A stretch of DNA of 59,941 bases, counting the filler, from Hausera hauseri (Eukaryota), in NCBI GenBank assembly GCA_046269625.1. It is 10 parts of 10 records of this genome, joined end to end, with 100 filler letters (N's around TTAATTAATTAA, not from the genome) between each part and the next. Parts side by side here need not be neighbours in the genome. Positions count along the whole stretch, not along the records: positions 48,475 to 55,252 come from JBJURY010066549.1; positions 55,353 to 59,941 come from JBJURY010515348.1; 8 more parts are not named here. One strand, given 5' to 3'. A program made the position numbers and the translations under genes. Position 1 is the first letter of the stretch. Each line of letters opens with the position of its first letter. The notes beneath the pieces are model-generated. The model was not told where the DNA came from. It did not search any database and saw only the letters and a program-made list of their open reading frames with translations. Shown piece after piece: positions 50,800 to 59,941 of this stretch.

Positions 50800-51480
50800 T
50801 GTGGTGAACAAAGGTTGTATTATTATTATTAGATAAAGCTGCATAATGATGATATTTTCCACACTGTAGGCCCCAGTGGAAGTGGCAAGACACACTTTGT
50901 GTGTAAACTATTTCAGAACTAACATGACATGTTCCATTCACCGTGGTACAATCACATATACTGGCATCAGGGTGGTGGTGATGATGGTTAGTCTGGTCTG
51001 ACACATCGGGAATTTTGTAAACTGAAATCGATAACGGTAATTGATGGGTTTAATGAGAACTGGTCAGAGAGATTACGCAACGGTGACGTTATTGTAGTTG
51101 ACAGTTTATTTCAAGAGGCAACGAAATAATCGGACTTCAACAATCTGTTCACGAAGATTGCACGAAACCGTGGTGTGACGGTTATTTTCATTACACAAAA
51201 CATGTTCCATCAGGCGGACTGCATTGAACAAGAAATCTAAACGTACATTATTTTGTGTTGTTCAAAAATTCCCATGATCAGACTAGCATTGATTTTGTTG
51301 CACAATAAGCATTTCCTCACAATCGAGCCTACTTAATAGATGCATATTATGACGTTACAAACGGATACTTGTTCATCGACTTTGCACAATTGTCCCGATG
51401 ACATGCGTGTACAAACAGACATTTTCAATCAGAAAGGTAGTGTATGTGTCTATAAACAAATTCGAAAATCGACGACATGA
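50800..51480 (+). pseudogene. A32/FtsK-like DNA packaging ATPase (absent from ORF track)
   Basis: Walker A GPSGSGKT at 50869-50892; Walker B-like DVIVVDSL; LFTKIARNRGVTVIFITQNMF. Confidence 0.9.
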
Positions 51481-51492
51481 TTATGATAAAAA

Positions 51493-52034
51493 ATGAAGAA
51501 TTTCCGAAAAACAATTGTTAAACGTAAACCTACCAAGCGGGTGTCCGGTGGCAAGAAACGTGTATCAAAAAGAACCACTGCTACAGTCAGGCGATTAATC
51601 AATTCTGTTTCGTCGAACAACAAAAGCAGCAGCTAGACGCAAATTTCTGTCACAGTGGCAACGGTTATAAACAACTACGTCTCATCATCATCAATACGTC
51701 CAAAAAAGTGCGATTTAAACGTAGTCAGCCGTACATTATTGCTTTGCTCAAGGCACCTACGAAACATAAGCGAAACATGCTGCGATCATTCTCACAGTTT
51801 GTAGTGGACTATTTGATGGAAATTTTATACATTATCGTTTTGGGTCACGTTGACATTGGTAGTGGAAAGCAGAATTTACTAAAGTATCGAAAACAATTCA
51901 TTGGCCTTGCCAACGCCTGTAGTAAACGATTGAAACGGGAGGTTATGTAACAGCAAGACAGCGGATTCCTTGGTGCAATTCTACCGATTGTCACGTCATT
52001 ACTGGGTGGACTCATTTGTTCTTCAGCAGCATAG
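51493..52034 (+). pseudogene. Basic core-like peptide followed by conserved Polinton small protein ending in a GFLG amphipathic segment
   Basis: MKNFRKTIVKRKPTKRVSGGKKRVSKR (51493-51636); 51708-52034 reads ...EILYIIVLGHV...LLKYRKQF...M*QQDSGFLGAILPIVTSLLGGL. Confidence 0.65.
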
Positions 52035-52184
52035 TATAAACAATGACGATAAGTATATGATGATTCGGCGATATGGGTGCATGGTTTTCATGTTTCTGTC
52101 CCAGTTTACCGAATCTTTCATTCACGTTTCGTTCTAATTGTTGCAATGCATGCAAAACCGACAACATCGACGTCAACGATTGGC

Positions 52185-53218
52185 GATGTGTGGTTCTACC
52201 CGCGTCATTCTGTCGGCTATACTGACGTCGACAAACTGGCAAAGACTGTCAAACAGACTCGGCAACAGACCCAACGTTGGCTCCGGAAACAGTTAGCATA
52301 CAGCCTAAACAAACCGATAAGAAGGCGGTTTCTAACTCGTGCATACCGTGGTACCAGTGTAAATAACGTATGGCAAATGGATCTAATGGAAATGATTCCG
52401 TACACCAGCATCAATGATGGGTATTGGTACGTGCTGACATGTGTTGATGTGTTTAGTCGTTTTGCACGTGCAATTGCTCTGAAATCTGAATTCGGTAAAG
52501 AGATTGCCGACGCTGTCCAGACACTGATACAACAACAACAACTGAAGCATTTACAAACGGATTTGGGTAAGGAATTCTACAACGCCCACGTTTCAGCGGT
52601 CTTGAAACGGTTCTGCATAAACCACTACTCGGTGTTTTACCAATACAAGGCTGCACTCGTTGAACGATTTAATCAAACATTGCGCGGTCGCCTAAACAAA
52701 TTCTTTATGAAGCAATGAAACAAACGCTGGGTAGATGTACTGCGGGATATTATTCCTGAATACAATCATTCGACACGTCGTGGCATCAATGGATTACGAC
52801 CGGTTGACGTAATCGATGATTTGGACATGTGGCTTTATCAAAACCGAACAACACAAGGACAACGACAACAGGCAATTAAACGCCCAAAATATAAAATCGG
52901 TACTTACGTACGTATTTCGAAAATAAGTACGATGCCATTCATTAAGCATTTCAATCAGAACTGGAGCGACGAGTTTTTCCGCATTTCCGCAATCAACATA
53001 AAACAAACACCTATCATATATGTTTTACAGGATGAAAACCGTGAAGAAATACGCGGTAAATTCTACGAACATGAACTGCAGGTACTGCCCGAGAAACCCG
53101 ATGTATATCGTATTCAGGAAATTCTATGTTCACGTGGCAAAGGTTCGAATAAACAATATCTCGTCAAGTGGCACTGATACACTACATCGAGGTGGATAAT
53201 TGCATCGCAGATTGAGTG
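52185..53218 (+). pseudogene. Polinton retroviral-like integrase with C-terminal chromodomain
   Basis: WQMDL; VDVFSRFA; LQTDLGKEF; KAALVERFNQTL; NWSDEFF; GKFYEHEL; YRIQEIL...QYLVKW; stops at 52716 and 53175. Confidence 0.95.
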
Positions 53219-53284
53219 ATGAGCATTTATTTAATACTTGATAGTAACAGATTATCAGAACATGACAACAACAACAACAATACC

Positions 53285-54472
53285 GTTGAACGATTTACCA
53301 TCATTATATAGCCAAACTCGATCTTCTGCGTGTTTTTGATCCTGTACGAGTATACATAAAAGAGCATACATGAAACACATGTTGTCATTATTATGGACAT
53401 TAACATGCTTTTTATTAGCGATCCATTCCGAAAGTTGAATATATGAACTACCCCGCATGGGAGAGTACTTGTGAACATACACCAGCAATCCCTTGATGGT
53501 TGCCAGAGTCCATCCACTCTTCTTACTCTGGCTCTCATCGGCTTCATGGATCAGCTTTGCATGCTCTACATGCAGCCATTCTTCTATATTGCGGGCTTCA
53601 AAAATAAGTCTATTTCTGGTCTTGAAGGCCCTTTTGGACTCTTCGCCATCAACATTGACGTATGTGGCCTCAAGTTTCATATTAGCCTTAATGGCCTTGA
53701 GCTCAGCTATGTTGTCCTGGAGAATTCCCTCTGTTTCTTCCTCTGTGTACTCCAGGAACTCCTTGATGGTTGTTTGACCAGTTGCATCAATGACATATTT
53801 GCGGCATTTCCTCTTTAAGGCTGCAGCATCAACTGGCCGCTGCCTTTGACTCTTTGATGGAGCTGCTGCATCTCATGCACCTGATGCACCCGATCCGCCT
53901 GATGCGCGTTTTAGTCCTGCATTTGGCTGCACTGCAGGCTGTGGTACTGCAGGATGTAGTACTGCAGGTAGTTGTACTGCAGGTTGTGCAACGGGCTTAT
54001 GTTCATTAAAGATGATCTTTGACTTTCATGCGAAGTCAGTCAAATGATGTTTGTGATCTTCATAAAACTGTATGTATTCTCCATCACATATAGTCTCACA
54101 TCCTGGGCGGATATAATGTGATCCTATTGAATGTGTCCATAATAGCTCCTCATGGTATTGTGGCAATTCTGAGGGTTATGTATTACACATGCGCAATACA
54201 CATAAACTGCATCTTTGATTTACCTTTAAAGTCTTTATTGGCATATTGGTTCTGAATATTTATTTTTTCGACTTGGTGAAAGAAATCAAGGGCTGCTTAC
54301 AGACATTGTAAAAGTCTTCATAATTGATTTGGCACACTACCTCACATGTAGGGCATATATAATACTGAACCCTGTTGCACATATGGCCAAAGTACTTCTT
54401 CATAATATTGTGGCAATTTTCAGGCTCATGGATTTGAGCCAAACATTCAACCAATTGTTTTGAGGAGCACAA
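53285..54472 (-). pseudogene. pPolB N-terminal portion with Cys/His motifs (same subfamily as contig 10); catalytic part absent
   Basis: RAFKTRN; KSGWTL; GSSYIQL; NDNMCFMYAL; near-identical DNA to 58400-59145 and 59790-59941. Confidence 0.85.
53931..53990. repeat. 4 x 15-bp coding minisatellite
   Basis: actgcaggctgtggt/actgcaggatgtagt/actgcaggtagttgt/actgcaggttgtgca. Confidence 0.85.
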
Positions 54473-54680
54473 TTAAATACTCACTATTCGTCGAAGTGAT
54501 GTCGGAAATAATGAAATATATTGCCATATCACCATGTACTGCCTCGCTTATTGATTGGATTAATGCGCTTTTTTGTTTTAATCCGTCAATTAAATACGTG
54601 GGGGCGCCAAATTTAAGGTTTTCGACCATGGGGAATCGAATGATTTCATTAGATTCTTCGTATAATGTATACTTGACCAA
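54447..54680 (-). CDS. Small Polinton ORF of unknown function
   Basis: 77-aa ORF directly upstream of the Cys/His region. Confidence 0.35.
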   Translation of the reverse strand: MVKYTLYEESNEIIRFPMVENLKFGAPTYLIDGLKQKSALIQSISEAVHGDMAIYFIISDITSTNSEYLIVLLKTIG

Positions 54681-55252
54681 TTATTCGATTTCGAATAGCT
54701 AAATATTCGACGTAAGCTCGAATTTGAATACCTGATGCCATACTCCGATTCGGCATACATGACTTCCTATCCCACCCCGCTTATAGATTTATTGATTCCC
54801 GCTTCACTGGGCTTTAAATGCACATTTTTGCTTAATTCGAAATATTGATTTTGTGCCTATATAGTACATTTTCATTTAATAATTTTTATTTACAAGGAGG
54901 TTTTCATATTTGAGGAATCGATTGCCGCTGTTAGAATTTTCGAATAGTTCAATATTGGATATTCGAGCTCGATAATATTAGAATTTCGAATATCTGACTC
55001 GAGATTCGAAATCGTAATGGTCGACTTCCTATCTGTCCTCGCTAATTATAATATCAAATTTTGCTCCCTTAGGGCCTAAAAATACCTATTGGGAGTCTGT
55101 CTCAGTTTCACTTTTGATAGATATTATTCGAAAATTAATCGACAAATTTAAATTCTAGCTGCACAATCATATACTGCATCGTATTTTCAATCGATTGCGC
55201 CCGATCACATGTCCTAATTATCAATATTGGAAATATCGGAAATCCGATATTA

Positions 55253-55352
55253 NNNNNNNNNNNNNNNNNNNNNNNNNNNNNNNNNNNNNNNNNNNNTTAA
55301 TTAATTAANNNNNNNNNNNNNNNNNNNNNNNNNNNNNNNNNNNNNNNNNNNN
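55253..55352. other. Artificial contig linker
   Basis: 44N-TTAATTAATTAA-44N. Confidence 0.99.
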
Positions 55353-55616
55353 ACAAATTGGTAACTATACCAAAGAACATTACATGTATTTATCGTGAAC
55401 ATGGTTCACATTGTGCATATAAAAAGTTTCTAGCGTTATGTCAAAGTTATATTGTTACTAAATAAATGTATTATGAAATTAGTTGGTCTTAACCTATATG
55501 ATAGTTGCTTAATTTTACTTGGCCTTATCCTATATTCCACATTACTTGATCAAGAAGACAACACGATATTTCTATACAAAATTTATTAAACAAAGAATAA
55601 AAATGAATAACAATAT

Positions 55617-58600
55617 TTACAGTGCCACATGTCTGTGAGCTAGTGTGTGGATTACATCGTTCAGGATCTGCCTCTTGTCATCCATACAATCTGGGCTTTT
55701 CTGATGCAGAGTTACTGTTTGGATGTTATGATGCCTAGATTGGATCCTTATCATTTCTGAAATGATGTGATTCTGCTCCTGCAGAACTGTCACAGTCCTG
55801 AAAACTGATCTTGGCTAAGGTAGCCCTTTGGACGCCATTGGCTCGCTTTTTGATCTGACCACATACGTTTAAAGCATACATTTTATATCTGAGAGCTACA
55901 AGTCGCAAGATGACTGCTTCTTTCACCTCGTCTTTGAATTTCCGAAGGACTTTCTTATTGGCAACTAAATAGTTGGGATGATCCTTATGATAGTCCGAGG
56001 TATTCATGTGTTGAGTCAACTGGGAAAGACCTCATAAATATCATCTGTATGGATCTGATAGATGAAACTATGAGTATCCATATACATCAGCTGCATGGAC
56101 TTGAACTTTGGGACCATTATATCGTAATGGAATCTGTACATTAGGGTCTTTGATAGATCCAATATTGCCATACTCACGTATATGGACTTGTTGAATACCA
56201 ATGCTGTTTTCAGCATATGGATGCCTACCAAGTTCTCAGTATATATGGTGCTGCTATAGAAGTTGGGCTTGGCAATGAGATTCTTTGCCCGCTTCCAGTC
56301 ACATACTAGCTCAATGTTGATCCTGTTGCGGATATACCCCATGGTCTTGCCAAAAACGCTGTTGTTATATAGTTTGATTTGATATTTCTCAAAGTCGCTC
56401 TTGGCATTAGTCCGCAGCTTCGTATTGAGATCTGTATATGACTGCAGTCACATGGACTGGTTGAATTGCAGGACTGTATGGATGATAGTAATACGAAGTC
56501 CATGTCTAACTGCCTGCTGGAGATTGATGTAGCGAACTACATACCTCCCCTTATTCCCCATATGACAGAGCAGCTTTCTCTGTTTGCCATGGGGCGGATG
56601 CCTGCTCTCATGGACGAAAGGCAGCTGTTGATGCCTTGCGTGAATGGAAGCCAGATATTCCATATCTACCTCCAGTATGTATCGCGTATTTTCAGTAGGA
56701 TCTAGGTCCAATATAGGGATGTTTTCAGGATTCTTGACCCATTTGAAGTTATCATATGGCATGAAACGCTCATTGCCCATCCCTACAAGTTGTTGGCATC
56801 CAGATATGATACATATGAGGATTCCTTTATTGAATCGTATTCGGCCATATACTTGTTATTGGTCTCATTGTACTGGTGAATGGCCTGGCATATTCCGCCT
56901 CTAATGCCTCTCTCGATCATAAGGGTCATATCATAATCCGTAATGATCTGCAGCCTTATGCCGGTATATCTCAGCATTTCTGCCCAACTCATTTTTAGAG
57001 CCGTAAAGAAATGAGCCGGATCCAATGCATGGTTCTTCATTGTAACATCCCTGAAACTCTCAAAGACATTTGTCAGCAGCAGCACATCGGTTTGGAGATA
57101 CATATCACTATATTCCCCTAATGTTTGGCATTGGAATGTCTGCCAGACGTTCTATTCATGCTGGTAGTCAGCATTACTGATATCGCAATCAGAGAGGATA
57201 TAGTAAAAGTCCTTATTGTCCGGCAATGAGGTCTTATCCAGTGTTTCTCATGAAGTGATATAGTCATAAGGAAACACGCCTTTCATCTTGACTATGTCAA
57301 AGGTAGTGGGAAAGAACCGCTTCGTCTCCTTGAGCTCTTCGGCAGGAAGGTTCTTCACTAAACTGTCCAGTGAAGACGACATGAAACAAAAGCTGTCTAT
57401 GAAGCGAAGTCGGATTTTGCTCACATGCTTAGTAAAAGTGATATATATCTCCTCACTGTTGCGGATCACATATATATACCATCAATGTTGCCTAATTCTC
57501 GGACTATAAAATGGGAATCATAGCCACTGAGATTACGGAACACTACAGGCACATGTGTACATGTTTTGCAGCGAAGATTGCAGTTGTTGCATGCCGCGCC
57601 TCGATATTTGCTTTTAAAATGGCAATGATCCCTGACTTTATGATTCGCCTTAGTGAATGATTTGGAGCACAAGTAACATGCTGTTGCCTTGCGCCATTCT
57701 TCTTACTTCTTCGACATGCTCACTGTATCCTTATGTTGGTGCTACATATCGCCAAGCCTATGAGCCATATTTTCAAGTCGTTTCATGAAATATGTTTCTG
57801 CGCCTGGACCTCTAAATAGATATGGTTCACTGTCCAGTCCCTTGGCATACGTACAATATGATGAGAGCTCATGATATTGGTATGCCGTTGTGCTGCTATG
57901 TTGAGGACTGGGAGTGCATGTTCGAACTGGCCGGAGAATAGATTCAAAGTCGCAATAGATAACTATTGGGACCTTGATCGTATTTTCGAACTCCTTAAAT
58001 TCAATGTAGTCCTCCTTGGGAAATTCTGGCTTTACACAGTAATTGTTGCTGCAGTACATTTTGTGCTCTGCAAGCTTGTACACTGCTGAATCACCACTGA
58101 AATGAGACACACATCGCGTACATATTTCTATTCGTCCATGATGATTCGTAATTTGGGATCTGACTAGACGCTCAAAGTTCTTGATACAAACATGTTGCTT
58201 TTCTCCATTATCTAGTAGGAGCAGATCCCTATGATCCTCCAATTCAGCATCGCATATCTGCAGTGGATAGAATTTGTCCTCATCATCCAATCCAATGATG
58301 TTGATGGATATATTGTTGATTCGCCCGAATTTTTTGACTTCATCTATGGATGGCGGAAACTTAATACATTGGAAATCATAGTTGTGCTGCAGATCATTAT
58401 ATAGCCAAACTCGATCTGCTGCATGTTTTGATCCCGTACGAGTTTACATAAAATGGCATATATGAAACACTTGTTATCATTATAGACATTGACACATGCT
58501 TTTTTATTAGCGATCCAATCGAAGAGCTGAATATATGAACTACCCGCATGGGAGAGTACTCTTGATGGTTGCCAGGGTCCATCCGCTCTTCTTATCCTGG

Positions 58601-59145
58601 CTCTAATCAGCTTCACGGATCAGCTTTGAATGCTCTTTATGCAGTCTTTCTACTATATTGGTGGCTTCAAAAATGGGTCTATTTTTGGTCTTGAAAGCCC
58701 TTTTGGACTCTTCGCCATCAACATTGACGTATATGACTTCAAGTTTCATATTAACCTTAAGGGCCTTGAGCTCAGCTATGTTGGCCTGGAGAATCCCTTC
58801 TGTTTCTTCCTCTGTGTACTCCAGGAATTCTATGATGGTTGTTTGACCAGCTGCATCAATAACATATTTGCGGACTTTTCTCTTTAATGCTGCAGCATTA
58901 ACTGACCGCTGTCTTCGGGTTTTTGGTGCAGCCGCTACGCCTAATGAGCCTGATGGGCCTGATGCGCGTTTTAGTTTTTCATCTGGATGTACTGCTGCAT
59001 CTAGCTGTGGTACTGCAGGCAGTGCTGCTGCAACCCGATTATGTTCATTAAGGATGATCTTCTTTGACTTTGATGCGAAGTCAGTCAAATGATATTTGTA
59101 TGTATTCTCCATCACATACAGCCACACATCCTGGGCAGATATAAT
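55617..59145 (-). pseudogene. Polinton pPolB, second subfamily, near full length
   Basis: VIYCDFES; VRDHCHF...GAACNNCN; RFIDSF; KGVFPYD; YLQTDVLLL; RGIRGG; YLDANNL; NSVFGK; YMDTHS; KFKDE; DDKR...TLAH. Confidence 0.95.
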
Positions 59146-59159
59146 AGATGATTTTTAAC

Positions 59160-59627
59160 AGGCTCTTTTGGAATGCCCGTCAATTCATTATTATCCATTT
59201 ACGACACTTTTGGATCTGACAGTTTTTCAAGAGGTTTCGGAAATTCCTAAAATTTATTTACACCCAAGTCTAGTGGTTCAAGACATTGAAGTTTAGCAAA
59301 GGAATTTGGAAAAGTTTTTAAGCAATTATCTCTCATTTCCAGCTCCTGCAAAACGGAGAGATTTCCCAAATCATTCGGTAATTCAGTCAACAAAATTTCA
59401 TTTAAATTAAGAATCAAAAAATTCCGTAACGCACTGAATTCCTCTGGCAGTCTATTAATTTGATTGTCATCAAGAAAACATTCTTCGATTGATCTCGCAT
59501 TTCTCATTACTTCATATGGCACTGCTAACAGATTGCAGTGACGCTTATCAATTATATCCAATTGACTAGCACACGTGGTGAGAAAAGGAAAACTCTTTTT
59601 CGTAACGTTTGATGAAATTACATACAA
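59160..59627 (-). pseudogene. scrib: Scribble/LAP-family LRR gene fragment (5' end), intronless, with internal LRR deletion
   Basis: IIDKRHCNLLAVPYEVMRNARSIEECFLDDNQI matches Scribble N-terminus DKRHCSL..VP.EI.RY.RSLEELLLDANQL; LPNDLGNLSVLQELEMRDNCLKTFP...LDLGVN; LRR continues past the stop (MDNNELTGIPKE). Confidence 0.8.
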
Positions 59628-59790
59628 ATTAAGAAAATCGCTTGCAAAGGCGGATATAAATTCAAAGCATTTACGCTAAAAAAATTTATTTCAAAATTCA
59701 CCATAACGTATTTTCCATATTTAAAGAAAAAAATTTTTAACATCAAAAGTTGCACATGCAGATAACCAACTGGGTGAATGTGGGCACCAC

Positions 59791-59941
59791 AATGATCATA
59801 TTGAATTTTTGACCATAATAGGTCCTCATGGTATTGTGAAAATTCTGAGGGTTGTGTATGGCACATGTGCAATACACATATGAACTGCATCCTTGATTTT
59901 CCTTTGGCATGAAAGTCGTTATAGACATATTGGTATTGAAT
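59791..59941 (-). pseudogene. Resumption of Polinton Cys/His region after the insertion
   Basis: CTCAIHNPQNFHNTMRTYYG; aligns with 54119-54260. Confidence 0.75.

Larger units (their letters stand above)
48475..55252. mobile_element. Polinton/Maverick (adintovirus-like) internal segment
   Basis: ATPase, integrase, GFLG protein, pPolB N-terminus and accessory genes in one contig. Confidence 0.9.

Noticed and set aside
50786-51004. His-rich 72-aa ORF (HHHHH)
   Set aside because: Antisense to the ATPase; the His run comes from a short ggt/gat repeat.
7244-55352. Recurring TTAATTAATTAA motif as a biological repeat or CRISPR-like array
   Set aside because: Always centred in 44+44 N and exactly 100 bp; an artificial six-frame-stop linker.
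1-59941. Treating the window as one giant virus or composite element
   Set aside because: Ten unlinked contigs; gene neighbourhoods across linkers mean nothing.
1-59941. tRNA, rRNA, prokaryotic operons, Polinton major capsid or cysteine protease genes
   Set aside because: None recognisable; absence of capsid and protease may simply reflect short contigs.

Overview
This is not one continuous locus. It is ten eukaryotic contigs joined by nine identical 100-bp artificial linkers (44 N + TTAATTAATTAA + 44 N): 1-7243, 7344-11877, 11978-16705, 16806-27751, 27852-34265, 34366-38574, 38675-43827, 43928-48374, 48475-55252 and 55353-59941. The DNA is AT-rich animal repeat sequence (a flatworm-like invertebrate host is my guess only), and almost all coding regions are decayed by stops, frameshifts and deletions. 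Main content: (i) two divergent Ty3/Gypsy elements (contigs 1 and 4) with a chuvirus-like glycoprotein placed upstream of PR-RT-RH-IN and a second, unrelated type I membrane protein after integrase; (ii) an atypical gag with a long RS/RD-rich region followed by two exonuclease-like domains, with an IAP-type RING on the opposite strand (contig 2); (iii) Polinton/Maverick (adintovirus-like) relics in six contigs, including pPolB, integrase, packaging ATPase, minor capsid genes, dUTPase, one terminus, a TATA-binding-protein-like gene and an inserted host Scribble-like LRR fragment; (iv) decayed mariner, hAT, piggyBac and Penelope-like elements. All protein assignments come from reading motifs by eye; no searches were run.
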